DNA of 64,000 nucleotides from Schmidtea polychroa (Eukaryota): NCBI GenBank assembly GCA_044892525.1, contig CM097887.1, positions 102,216,397 to 102,280,396 of the forward strand, read 5' to 3'. Shown piece by piece: positions 27,350 to 40,960 of this stretch (position 1 is its first letter; each line of letters starts with the position of its first letter). The notes under the pieces were generated by a model. It saw only the letters and a program-made list of their open reading frames with translations, ran no database searches and was not told where the DNA came from. The position numbers and the translations under genes were made by a program.

Positions 27350-28431
27350 CTGTCCATGTAGATTGAAAAACTTTGTTCCAGATTCTTCCCCCTCTTCTTG
27401 ACTTGCGAAATGATGGAGATACGATTAGAAAGTTGCAAGAGCAATCCCCATCTGTGGGAACAACACGATGACCATTTCCTTGAAATTTAATAATCGAGGA
27501 TGAAACTCCACTCAGTATGTGTTTGCTTGATATCAAACGTGATGCAGAATGGAAACTCCCCTGATGAGAAAGCTTCCTTGACAATAAGATGAGGGTCAAG
27601 CGATGATGCTTTCCACTTTTTGGGATCAAAACGCCATAAATCGCAAAGGTGTCATAATCAATGATGCTTATTTTAGTCAGTGTGTGTAAACTGTCATGCA
27701 CAATCTTTGATAAAATAGATTAAATAACGAGTAAGAAATTTATTGTAAATTCTTTAGCTAAATTGATATTTATATGATTCATTTCAAGGCCGTTTAGACA
27801 ATCCTGACTCAGGTAATCTGAAATAGTTCTTCATTCTTTTTTGAAGGTAGGAAAATTTGACAGATTTAGAAGCTGAAATGAGATTGTTGAGAAGATTTAC
27901 AAAATAACAATACGAAAGATTAAAGTTAAATTGATTTCAAGTAATTTTTTCAAAAGCTTCTTCACCTTTGATTTAACATTTACAGCAAAAATACTCAAAA
28001 TAGTAATTTCACTTAAAACCTTAACAGATATTTTGGTAGAATATTTTTTTACAATATTTTCGCATTCAAGTTTTAAGTGATACTCATTCAATTCATTAAT
28101 TTACCATAAAAATTGTAAGTTATTGCAAAAAGCATAAGCTGCTGGGAACCATTTTTGTAACTTTTCTATCATTGTATAACTACAGATATGTTTCCCATCA
28201 TTTTAGTTGCATTGTCACAAGAGACTCTAATACAATTAGCAATTTGTAGTCCTCAATTATTAAACGAATTTATTAGACTTTTGACTATTTGAATGCCGTT
28301 TTTTCATAAAATCTTTGATAATTTTTCGTAAATGAAAATGAAATATAATCCATTTTTACATCTTCCTTGAACAGGTCTCTCCTTGTAGTTTTCACTCTTG
28401 TGATTTGCATTTAAACCGAGACGTAGGGAGG

Positions 28432-28453
28432 GAGAGAGAGAGAGAGAGAGAGA
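28432..28453. repeat. (GA)n microsatellite
   Basis: Direct reading. Confidence 0.9.
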
Positions 28454-29373
28454 GTAGTGTCTTATCCAACGTGATGATGTTACGCAACATAGTTTTTCTA
28501 ACATGAAAATTATTATTTATCAGTTTATTTATCAGCGACTAGAAGTAGTATAAAGCGCGAACATAATTTTCTCATGATACTATCAGCAATGACTGATATC
28601 TAATTTACTAATATATAAATTCACCGTGAGCTATCTGTGTATGATTATTCTTTCATTTGAGTGATTTCTTTCAACTTTTCCGTTAAATTTTTTTTGATCT
28701 CATGGGGTTTTTCTGATTTTTCTAGATATACCACAAAGGTTCTTTCAGCTTTAAAATCATTGAACTAGTGTTTTATTGTAGGTAATGAGGATCTTTCTTT
28801 ACCCTAACCCCAGTCAATTCCATTTGAATTTTATCTCTACTTTTTTCACTAATCGACTGTAGGTTAAAGTTTATGTAAACATTTTATATAAAATTTGACT
28901 ATTTCAATATAGGTTGAATAGATAGAAAATGTTGTCCTTTAAATGTTTTAATGGACCAGTTTTGAATAAAAAATTAGGATTGTCATTACAGTTAAACATC
29001 TATTGATCACTCTAATAATTTTTTAATGTTGCGGTTTAACCAGAAATTAATGTAATAAAAATCTTTTAAAAAACTACAAGAGAAAAATTTCCAATTAAAA
29101 TAATAGTTAGGATCACAAATTGTATTAATTCGTCCTATGAAAGATAATATATAACAAAAGTTTTCAATAAAATAAAATTTAATTAGTCAAACTTACTTTT
29201 CAAATCTGTTTTAATTACCTGAATATGTAAAATTATTTTAATACAATATAATAAATAGATAACAATTTATTAAAATTTTCAATTATTAGATTGATCCAGT
29301 CATGACAAAATGACGATTTCATGAGATAATTATAACAGTGAATTTATCGTTAATATAAATATATCTATACATA

Positions 29374-30369
29374 CAGCGCCGGCTCTAGCATTAGTAGCGC
29401 CCCGATGCGAAACTCATTTTAGACGCCCATTTATTTTATTGGTTTTTTGGAATTAACGTAATTTAATTGGCAATATTAAATTTGTAATAAAAACATTAAA
29501 AAATTAATAATAATTCTTTTCCAAGTGAAATACAGGTTTTATTTTGTTTATATATTTTTTATTTTATTGAAACAATATTATAATATACAAAAATTACATA
29601 ACATACATATATTTTGTATAAAAATTGACAAAACTATTATTCTAGATATTTACTTTTCTAGCTTTTAAACTGGCAAATTCATCAATTAAATCATGTATAT
29701 CTAATTTGTCGCATATATCACTTTCAATCGATATCATTGCTAAACCAACTAATCTTTCTTGTGAAATTGTTGATCTTAAATAATTTTTAATTAGTTTAAG
29801 CTTCGAAAAAGATCGTTCTCCGCTAGCAACTGAAACCTACCTAATACCTACCACCGTACAATGATTCAATTCCGCAAAATAACTAATGTACTGAAACAAA
29901 ACACTTTTTTACTATTAAACTGTACTGAACACTTTTTTATTTTACTATTAAAATTTTAATATTAAATTTTTTTTTTTATTAGCGAAAAAAGTTTACCAAA
30001 TAACAACTGAACTGATTGAAAACTGAATAGAACTGGTAGACTTTTAAAATAATTTTTTTTAGCATTAATTTTTTTAATCGAAATAACTAAACCGAATATA
30101 GCAGGCCGTTTCAAAATAAATTTATGCATGTATAATTTATTTTGTTTTGCGAAATAATTAAACAATTCTTAAACACTTCGAAAACTAGTAGGCCAGTAGT
30201 TTTTCAAGGAAATTTTATTTAAAAAAAAAAAATTCTTATTAAAAAAAAATTTGTTAATGGTTTTTTTGTTAAATATTAAAAAGAAACTAAAATTCTAAAT
30301 TTTTTAGCGCCCTTTCCGAGAGGCGCCCCGATGCTTTGCATCCACCGCTTCCAACTAAAGCCGACCCTG
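29374..30369 (-). mobile_element. Internally deleted hAT element (ZMYM1/Tip100-like)
   Basis: Imperfect TIRs CAGCGCCGGCTCTAG and CAGGGTCGGCTTTAG. 8-bp TSD TATACATA (29366-29373 and 30370-30377). hATC fragment VSVASGERSFSKLKLIKNYLRST at about 29650-29840. Confidence 0.88.
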
Positions 30370-30639
30370 TATACATATCTATCTATGTACTAAATTCATA
30401 ATATTATATATTAAATAGTATGTTTATGATTGCAGTATGTTATCACCTCTCAGAATATGAAAATGCATTATTGAATTCTTCTAGTTATATTGGCATTTTT
30501 GATTTAATAATTGTTGTTATCCGTGAAATTTAATTAAATAAATGATTAACTAAAGATAAGCTTAGAATTTGCAATTTTATATGCTATTGCATTTTACATG
30601 TTTAAACCAAATTTTATTAGTTATATTTCAATATATACT

Positions 30640-30952
30640 AAAAATGCTAAAAGTTTACGGACGCACTTGTAAACAGTTTCTGTGTATGACGGTGTCTCCA
30701 GAGGCGAATATGATTTTTCATACGCCATGTTCACAAGTTTGCAGATATTTTTTCTGTGATTTAGCTAATTTGCAAGTAATGTGATTTCCAGTGTAACAGG
30801 GAAAGTATGCAATAAAGTTGAATCAGCAATATTGTATACTTACCTGGTGCGAAGAGATATCTTCGCGTCTCCTTCATAGTACTGATGAGAGCCAAAAGCT
30901 CGAAACTAGTCTACCATTGGGATTTGCACTGGGTATCACAAAGCTTGTAATG

Positions 30953-30957
<5 letters not shown>
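30640..30957 (+). mobile_element. Third copy of the hammerhead-bearing Penelope/retrozyme-like repeat
   Basis: Reverse complement of 17072-17392. Ends at a (TA)n tract. Confidence 0.85.
30876..30917 (+). ncRNA. Minimal type I hammerhead ribozyme, copy 3
   Basis: ATAGTA-CTGATGA-GAGC-CAAAA-GCTC-GAAAC-TA-GTC-TACCAT. Confidence 0.85.

Positions 30958-30958
<1 letters not shown>

Positions 30959-31036
<78 letters not shown>
30959..31036. repeat. (TA)n microsatellite
   Basis: About 39 TA units. Confidence 0.95.
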
Positions 31037-31040
<4 letters not shown>

Positions 31041-31958
31041 CTACATAACTCCCCTGGAAGTTCATAGAATATCTTCCATGACATGCGCCGCTGTCTACTG
31101 AGACTGTAATTACCTTCAAATTTTGGTAAATTTTGAATATCTTCAGATTCTCTGTGTGACTTAAAGTTTTGAATGGTCTTTCGTACAATGTTTGAAATGT
31201 TGTTCTAATTTCTGTTCTCACACATACGTTTTTTGTTTAATTCTATTTTCTCTTTGTTTGATATCTTGTAGGTGTTAGAAGATTGTTAACAGATTTATAA
31301 TTGTTGTCGAGATTTTGAATTAGAGTATAACAGTTTAAATTATATAACTATAGAATTTTAAAAAATAAACATTTGTATCATGCGATTATTGCTTTGAAAA
31401 AAATTTATATTTTTGTTTCTAAAATATGGTGCTTTATGCAGCTGTCTATATTGCATAGGTCAGGAGCCGGCTTTGACTGAATATTCATAATTGTTCAGGA
31501 TTAGAAGCGCAGAAGAGTATACCGCCATATATCAGTGACAATCAAATTTCCTGTTCTTATATTAGCCGTTTTGTCTTTGATGTAAGATATTAAAAATAGA
31601 ATCGACAATTTTATACTCTTTCTTTGCAAATCAACTTGTGTTTTGCTAAGAATTGGTTTGACAGAGTATACTCAGAAATAACAGAATCCAAGTAGCGTTC
31701 ATTGAATATTGTTTTATATATTTCGGCTTTTTTTAATATTGTTGTTTTTTCCACTGTGCATAACTTAGTTAATTTTCTCATGGTTGTATTTGTATTGATT
31801 TTTTTATTACTTTTAAAATTCTGTGATTTGAACATCTATCGAGTTATTAAATTGAATTTGAATTGAGCTCTGAAACCAAGAAAACTTGATATAATAAATA
31901 AATGGAAATTGTTGAGAAAATCAATGTATTACACTGCATAATACAGTACCATTTACAA

Positions 31959-33300
31959 CAGCGCTTTTCAACTTATCATAGCCCGCGGGCCATATTTTCT
32001 TCACTAAACATTTTGGGGACCGATAAGGTTGATAAATGAAAAGTCAGTTTATGTTAATTAAAAAAATATTTTATTTATATTAAAAAGAAAACTTCGTAAT
32101 ATATAAATATTCGTAATATATTAATGAGAACATTGTGGCCGTAATTTTTTAGCAACAATATCTTTATGTCCACATCAATATTTGTTGTGACAAGTCTAAT
32201 TATATCTTTAAGAGTGGAATCTTTTAAACTGTTTCTATATTTTGACTTTATATATTTCATATCGGAGTATGCACGCTCGGAGATATATGTACTTCCGAAC
32301 ATTGATATAATTTGAAGTCCAAAATCTCTCAATTTTGGATATTTCTCTTTATCTAAAAATTTGACTATTTTTATTCCAGTTACTCGACGAGATGTAAAAA
32401 ATGGGTCGGCCTGCAGGTTACATAATTCTATTTGACATTTAAGATCAACGGATAATAATTTTTTTATATTAATTGGATCACAGAATAAATTAATAGACGG
32501 TTTAAAATCATCAAATTGAAAAAATCTTTCATTGAAATCTGTAATTAGCATATCCAATTTTGGTAGAAATATTTTAAAATTCGCTTCTATATTACATTCT
32601 TTCATTTCTTCATAGATCTCTTTGCAAGATTCAAAATGAAATAAATTATTTTTCTCCAAATTAAACCTTAACAATTTTAATTTGTTTCTAAATCCAGTAA
32701 CATATTTATAAAGGCAACACACATTTTGATCTTGTCCTTGCAAGGATTTTTTCAAAATATTTAAATAATTTGTAATATCCGTTAGTGAATAAATAAAAAT
32801 TTTTATCAACTAAATTTGCTGTCAAATTTTCATCGATGGCAATTTCTGTGAAAAAAAGATGAACTTCTCCTCAAGCACTTTCCAACACTTAACCAACGAA
32901 CGTTATTATGTAAAAGCAGATTTCCATACTCACTTTCCAATTCATCCAAAAATGTTTTAAATTTTCGGTGTGTATGAGAACGATTTCCGCAGCGAATTAA
33001 ATTAGTAATTTTGCAAACCTTGTCCATTACGTCTATCAGTTGTAGGGGTAAACCACATAATGCCTCATGGTGGATAAAACAGTATAACATACGACATGTT
33101 ATTCCTTCTTTTTGTTAAAGTTCCATGAGCCCAATATTTTTGACCGTCATAGCTCTAGCACTATCGATTACAATAGCAGTGCACTTGTGAAATCTGCCAT
33201 ACTGCTCTACTGCACATTTTAATTGTTTGTAAATATCTTCACCTTTTGTTGTTCAAAAACATCGGTATATTACTGATTCTTCAAGCTCTCTTTTTAATAA
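31959..33300 (-). mobile_element. Buster-type hAT transposon remnant (frameshifted transposase)
   Basis: TIR CAGCGCTTTTCAAC preceded by attTAcaa. YCFIHHEALC, HNNVRWLSVGK and SMFGSTYISERAYSDMKYIKSKYRNSL motifs. Confidence 0.85.
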
Positions 33301-34190
33301 ATTCAATGGAAAAAAATCAGTGGTGAAATTGGAAAAAAGTTCTTACAATTCTTATTCATTATTCAAAATTCATTATATTTACAACCAATGAGAATTAAGA
33401 GAAAGGAAATAAAAGAAAGATTGAAAGGTATTTTTGGGAAGAACATTGCTAAATTCCAGGAGATTGACAAGGACTATCTTATAGTCGAAAATTTTTTCAT
33501 TAAATACATTATTTGCAGCAAAAGGCTTAAATTATCATTTTATTGTTTTAAATAATAAATGCTGCTACCAAGAAATCATCACTTTATACTTTCTTATATA
33601 TAATATTAAATAAATAATTTATATTTATATGAAGCATATTATTATTATTTTTCTTCACTCTACTGACAACAGTAAGTAGTAAGTTAAATTAAATAATAAT
33701 TATGTAATTACATAAAATCAATAGGTCTTATTGCGTTATGGACAAACATATATACTCACTTACATACACATATTTTCACTTTGACAAAAGATAAAATTTT
33801 TTATATTGTAAACACAAATTTTCCAGCTTTGTCTCCTAACAAGTATTACTCAAGTAAAGTCGGAAACTTTTGTCAAAATTAAAATAAATAAAATATCATA
33901 AAAAATGGATCAAGTGAACAAAAAAATAAAGAATTTTACTAATAATAATTATTATAATTATAATTTAACTTTCTCCTATTTTGAAAGTACATTCTTAGAT
34001 TTGTAATATATCTGAAAATTTTCCGTATTTGAAATTTTATTCTTCTAAAAAGGAAATTCTGAACTATTTTTTAACTATGATTAGTCGAGATAAATTATAT
34101 TTACGAAATCTTTTACAGTAGCTATCAAATATACGTATCAAGCTTTTAAAAAAGAGATATGTTGTAAAAAGTTAACTAAATTGTAGTAAC

Positions 34191-34349
34191 CTTCACAAAG
34201 TTATCGGGGAAAACTCCTTCTTTTCCATTAAGCCAACCTTTTTTCCAGCCAGTTTCAAAAAATATAACACTTTTGATAATGTCTCCTTTTTTCAATGATA
34301 ACTCATCTGCGTGCGTCGCCGTGTAGTCATATTCAACTATGCAGTCCAT
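34191..34349 (-). CDS. CD2AP: First coding exon (N-terminal SH3) of a CD2AP/CIN85(SH3KBP1)-like adaptor
   Basis: MDCIVEYDYTATHADELSLKKGDII...GWKKGWLNGKEGVFPDNFVK (53 codons) followed by a GT donor at 34190. Matches the SH3-A pattern of the CD2AP/CIN85 family. Confidence 0.75.
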
Positions 34350-34749
34350 AATAAAAGAAATTATTAAGGAAAATAAATCTAGATAATATTTATGGAATCG
34401 TATAATATAAAATATTCTCTTACCTTTCACTGACAATCAATTTGTTTACTTTTACCCTTTAAAGAAAGCATTAATATGTTTATTCCTTTTCAAATATTTG
34501 ATAATATTATTATTACTGATTATTCGAATTAAAGTAGAATAACAAATTAATATAATAAATGCATTTCTGTGATAAATAAACAAAAGCTTGTTTGATGCCA
34601 AATTAATAAAATATGTTTTGAGGTTTTTAATATGGTTGTTGGAATTTCTATTTAATTTGTATTTTATTTTATAATGATATTTTTTGTCTTTTAACCCTTT
34701 AGTGAACAGTTTTGAGTATATGCAATGTTATTATCAACTATTATTCTCT

Positions 34750-36535
34750 ATTCCGGATTTACCTATAGGCAGACTAGGCACTGCCTAGGGGCCCGCAGTT
34801 TTGGGGGCCCCAAAATCGAAATCATCTAAGGGGCCACAAAAAAAATATTTTTTTTAATGGATTTTTTATATACTAAAATATAAAAAAATTAAAATACAGT
34901 ATAAAATACATGTATTATATAAAGAATTAAAAAAACATTGTACGTATTTTTTTATTTAAGGAAATTTTCTAAAATATCAACAATTTGGGGCCCCAATAAT
35001 TTTAAAAGTTGTTATAGTTGAAAAAATATTTTTTCTTTATTTCCGCAACCTCCAAGGGGGTTATAATTAGTGGAGTTTGTCGGTTGAAATTTGCGAAGGC
35101 GGGAATCGAATTGTTATTGTGTAGAAACATATTTTTTTGGAGTGTTGGTAAAAATTTTATACACAAAAGAAAAAAATTATTTCAAAGGAAATCGGCTTAA
35201 AAATAAAAAATTTAAAATAAAGCAATTTTAGGACGAAGTGAGGCTTTTTTTTAATTGATTAATTGTTAAGATCTAGGTATAGTATAAAAATATTAAAATT
35301 ATTTAATCAATTTAATTAAAAAATACTTTAATTAAATTTAAGATAGAATGAAACGAAACTACGCAAGCGGAGCGTTTAAAAGGAAGAAAAAAGCAGAGAG
35401 AGAAGAAGAAATTAAGAAAATTCCTAAGCTAGATTGTTTTTTCACTAAAGATTCTGCAACTGAAAGTGAATTTGTAGCACAAGAAGATCGGCACCAAAGC
35501 GACCAAATAGAGGTCTCTTCCAGTACTTCAAATCAACCTATTTTCACTGGAAGTTCAAATCAAGTTTTTAATTATTTCGAAAATAATTTGGAGCTGGTAG
35601 ATAACATTAATAATGAAAATTTAGTGGAATCCCTGATTGAATCATCTCCAAATGCAAATCGTGAGAATGACGTAGGATTATGGAGAGAATTGTCTTCTGA
35701 AGACACTTTGTACTGGATTGAGAAGGGCCCTGAAAGTTGCCAACATTCAACAGAAAACTTTCATTCTTCCAAACAGCTCTATAATGACAATACTGTTCGA
35801 TATTGCTCTAAGACTTTATTCTTTGATGAAAAAACAAATGGAGAAAAGTACCTTTCGGGAATGGCTTGTATATTCGCCTAAAATTGGAAATGTTTTTTGT
35901 TTTGTTTGCAAATTACTCACTGCTTCAAATTTCAATTTAGCAACCAATGGCCTGCGAGATTGGAAAAATGCTGGTTCCTCAATCAAAAGCCATCAAAACT
36001 CTTCTGAACATCGTAATGCTTTAGTTACATATTTAACTAGAAAAAGTAACTATTCTGTGTCGGATCAATTGCAAAAAGAAATACAACAAGAAAGGATTTA
36101 CTGGAGAAAAGTCTTAGAACGAGTTGTAGCTGTTATTTGCACCATTGTTGAACGAAATTTACCATTTCGAGGATCAAATGAAATTTTTGGAATGGAAGGA
36201 AGTGGCAATTTCATTGGACTCTTGGAACTTATTGCAAAATTTGATCCATTTTTAGCAGAGCACATTAGAAAGTTTGGTAATCCAGGATCTGGAAAAACTT
36301 CTTATCTCTCTAAAACAATTTTTGAGGAATTTATTGAATAAAATGGAGGAGTTTGAATTCGCACTTCTCGTTATATTTTGGGATCAGGTTCTAGAGAGAA
36401 TGAATGCAGTTTCAAAAAATTTGCAAAGTCCTAAAGTCACATTAGACGTTTGTTCTTCGTTATATGCATCTCTAGCTTCATATATTACAAATTTGAAAAA
36501 TAGCTTTTTAGACACGTTTTTTAGACATAATTAAA
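34750..36535 (+). mobile_element. ZMYM1-like hAT remnant (5' end, frameshift, internal deletion)
   Basis: CCGGATTTACCTATAGGC terminus with GGGGCCCC subterminal motifs. REWLVYS...FCFVCKL (TTF zinc finger), ERNLPFRG, GNFIGLLELIAKFDPFL. Confidence 0.85.
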
Positions 36536-39500
36536 GTTTTTAATTAAGGGTTAAGCCAGGGTCGAAATTAGGACGAGTGAGATCCTAATCGAGCAAAACC
36601 TTTTCTAGATTTTAGAATCGATATGTTTGAAAAGTTTCAGTTTTATTAGCTATTCCTTAATCTTTCTTTGACGAAGCAGCATGGATTCTGTCAGTAAGTA
36701 TTGCCGACTGCCAAAAATTGACTTCATCTATGCATAATATATAGTGTCTGTTTTTTGTAATTCCTGATTGCAAGGTTTCAGGCATGAATGATTTGCTTTA
36801 AAAATTGTTCTGGGGTTCAAGTGCCTATAACTTTGGTTTGATATTGCAGTTCAAATATTGTTGAATTTTTATAATTCATTGGTGTGAGGATAATCGAATA
36901 TGTTGGGTTTTTTGTAGTTGGTGGGTGATTATTAAGCTGACAATCAATGATCTGACTCCGAGGGTGTTATTTAATAACGACTATGAGAAAATCCCAACGG
37001 CGTAAAACTTTATTGATTATCACAATTGATTACAACGAATTCAACGATACTAATTTTCAACACACCTCACATGTTTCAAATGCTTATTACAACCCTCCGG
37101 GAAAATAGCACAACAATAACAATACTCTAAGAACACGACCGATTGACTACTGTCGGCAATGAGCAATTCGCAAAATTGATCTGATTGATTTTAATTTGAC
37201 TTGAGTTTCTCAACTACCTCTGATTCACTAATTCAATACACAAGTTTCTTCCAACTATTTCCTGATTCTCAGCACTTTATTTTATTCTCTTTGTAAATTC
37301 GAATTTCTCACAAATTTCTTTCTAAATTATTTTCATTTTTTTCGTCACAAGTTTTTCTCGTAGCAATTTTTCTCGTCCCAATTTTTCTCTCCTTCTGTTA
37401 ATTTTTGTTCAGTTTTTATACTTTTTCATCTAATGGCACTTATTGATAATTCGTTCTTTTTTTCACTTGTGTTGGCGCGCCACCAAGTTGACACATGAAT
37501 TTGCTACATCCAGGGAATGACAGTCCTCCACAATCACTTTACTCACAAATTTGTCAACCTAACAGTGCACCAATATGACCGTTCTTACGTCATGATACCC
37601 GTGATTCCCACTACGTTGGTACTGTATCATGTCGGCGAAACAGAGAAAAGCAGGTGAGTCCCTACCTTAGGACTAATTTTTTGCCCTATCCGGACTCACT
37701 CCCGAATAACCGCCGTTAGAAGGACTTACGTCTACAGTTGCATTCTACTTTTTGAAGGAAAACTCATTCTTTGATTTTTTACTGCCTAGATTACTGAAGC
37801 TGCTATTTCTACCGGATGGTAGTCTACTGGGTAAAATCACCTTATCAATGCATCAATATAACTACATGTGATTATTCAAATTAATTAGGATCGCGATTAG
37901 ACAATTGTTCAATTCACAGGGACAGCCATGCTTTAAACTACGAAATCAATCTAACTTCCGCTTCTAACTTCACGTTATTAGATAATGAAATTTTGTTCGC
38001 GTGCTGATTGGATTTAGCTACTCCTGACATGTCAATACGGCTATACACCAAACCCCACTGAGATACGTTCTCTATAGTGGTGGTTTGCGTGTAGAGTGAT
38101 TGCTCACTCACCAATTTACTGATGTTGATGATAAATTGTTGTTTAGCAAAGTTGTCAGTAATTTGTTTTACGTATGTTTTACATCATGAAATTTATTTTA
38201 GCCATTTTAGAAATGGTTTTCAGGTAAGATATTAAATTTAAAGTAAATTTTAAGACTTGAATTTTGATCCATATGGATATGAGATCATTATTCAAGTTCT
38301 TAAATATTACTTTTAATCAACAATATAATTATAAATTATTTTTAATTAATTTTCAGGCTTTTTTTAGGAATTTTATGGCTTTTATTAAAGTATTTTGGAA
38401 TTATTTCGAAAAAATGTGAGTCCGATATATTTTTAATTATAATTAATTAAATCAATCAATCAATGTATTTTTTTAAAACATTTTGGGAAAAATCGCTGAT
38501 TAGAATAATTTTTTTAATTTTTGTAATTTTTTTTCTGAGCTCAATATGAGGGGATTCTTAAAGGAAATCAAATCTGGAGTAAAAAGATTTTGAACCAAAT
38601 TCATCTGCTAATTTAAAAAATTTTCAACGATCTTTTTTTTCTAAAAATTGTCTAAAATAGAATTATTATAGAAACGTATCTCATCGTTACAATTTTACGA
38701 ATCAAAAGTTTGTATGTGTTTTTTATTATGTGTTGTGCTTGTGTGCATTTTTTAATTTTCCTTCCACTTTTCAGATTTCTATAATATAAGATGTATCTCA
38801 TTGAGCTATAAATGAGAACATCAACGTGAAATCAAAGTAAGTATGTATGTTTCTATAATGTAAGATTATTGATTTTTTTGTTATATTATAGGAAATGCAT
38901 CTCAGTGGTGTTTGGTGTATCTGCATTATGCCTGCTGGAATTTTATGTCTACTGTGTGTTATCAGATGGATGTCAATGATCGTTGGATTTTTCATGCTAT
39001 TGCGATTTATCGACCTTTCGTAATTTTCTATTTTACTTCTCGAAGATCTTCCATGAAGCCTAAATATTTGGAAACGACTTGGTCTACAAGGTTGAGGTTC
39101 CCGGGTGGAACAAGACAATGACGGAAAGATTATTCAAAGAAAACTTTCGGTTGCATTAGCATTAGAAGTCGGTTCTTAGTGATTACTGGAATTTAAATGT
39201 CCTCAAACCGAAAATTTGAATGAGTTGTTATAGAATCGGTGGAAATTTCCTTATTGTACTGGAATTCATGCAGAGGAATCCTGATCTCGCCTTATTATTA
39301 CGGAGGAAAATCTCTCCTACTTCAGACTTAGGACGCCTCAATCACTGTGTTACTCGTAAGTTATTTAGATTCATTGACGTTTTCAATTCGATGCTATCTT
39401 GATTTACGCATGTGCATTAAAATTTCTAATTCACTGACATTTACCGACCCTTCACATTTCGGCCCGAATGTCCACCGAGCGGCTGAAGATCTCACTCACT

Positions 39501-40960
39501 CACCAGACGAGCATCCCGAAGGTACCCCGCCTTAGAGCATACGGTCCTCAGTTCTGCTATGACGATGTTATTAGTTATCATCCAAAAAATATATACTGTG
39601 AATACCATAAAAGTCTTTTCATTCGCTTGTTAATTTAAATAGTGTTAGTTATTAAATATCATTTAAATAAAATTTTACTAAATAATGTGATGCGTGAAAA
39701 GAGAAAAGGAATTTATGACAAAAATTTTAATTGTGTTACTACATTAACTTAAATTGTACATTAAAATTATTCATACAAACAAAATTTTACCGAATAGTCA
39801 AACTATGATTCCAATAAATTGAAGTCCTGGTGTGGCTGGGTGTCCGAAATCGTAATCATAAGTTTCAGAGTGATACTGAACGCTGAATAAGTTGTATTAT
39901 TTAAAAATTTGATCTCCTGAATGATTTTGAAGGTACTCTATAATATGGAAGTCATGAATAGTTTAAAAAATGAACATTCTAATATTAAAGCATCTATACC
40001 TAAATAGTTTAAAAATGAACATTGAAAAGATCGTATCAGGTAGTTGCTTATATAGTCTTGTTTGGTAAAGTTTCTGACCAATCAGAGTTGGTCTAATTTA
40101 TTTTAATTGATTATTGTTCATTTTTTACGCTTGGATTTTTATTGGTTAGTTTTTGATTCTATTTTTAATTGTTATAATTTAAATTTTTCTGTTTTTTAAT
40201 TTTGAGTTAGTTTTCCTCTTTAAGTTGCTTATTGTTGTTTTTTTGTTATTTTGGCTAATTCTCATATTTTTATTATTTATTTCCCTAATTTCTTGTTGAT
40301 TCTTATTCCCTTTTTTTGTAACTCAATTCCTATGTTTCTGGCTTCCTATTTTGTGTGATGATTTATTTTGTTAAATTTCCTTGGTTATTATTTATTGTTA
40401 TTTTATCTATCTCATTTCTTTATCTCATTCTTAATTTTTATTTTATTTTTTAATATTTAGGTATTTACACGATCCCTTCAATGTTTCTAGCTCTCCTTAC
40501 AGAAAACAAGAGATTTAAAAGAGATTTACTATGCTCATTCAGTGATCATCCCAACACTTGTTCCATTGGCATTCCGTAATCTCTGACAGTTCTCGAGATG
40601 TATGCATTTATTTACAATCCAGTTTGTCAGATTTCCTATGCCATTTTTTCCTTCCTATCTCGAGTAGCCCATCGGGATAACGAGAAAATTTAAATTATGT
40701 TTTGCTTTCTGTTTCGTTTCTTTTGCACTTGTACTTATTAGTTAAGAATGATCTACTTTTATTTAATTGTCTGTTTTTATTGATTTTCTTCTGTTCCATT
40801 CTCATTTTTCAACATCTCTCTTCCTCTCTTATTTAACTAAGTTTTAGTTCATTGAACCCCATTCATTTATCATTATTCCCCCAACCGTTTTACGCCTTTA
40901 ATGTGTTGAGGTCAGTAAATTAAAATAAATTTAAATGAAATTTAGGTTGAAAATTTAAAG

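Noticed and set aside
27561-27567. CTGATGA as a fourth hammerhead core
   Set aside because: No stem II followed by GAAA and no stem I/III pairing.
27255-27701. 148-aa minus-strand ORF as a gene
   Set aside because: It crosses the hATm right TIR, stops soon after the reconstructed empty site and has no recognisable motif.
30818-31221. ORFs with IYIYIY runs
   Set aside because: Read-through of the (TA)n microsatellite.
36960-38200. Possible additional LTR/PBS (TGGTGGCGCGCC on minus near 37475-37486)
   Set aside because: No second LTR, TSD or coding remnant was found, and the match to a tRNA end is too short.
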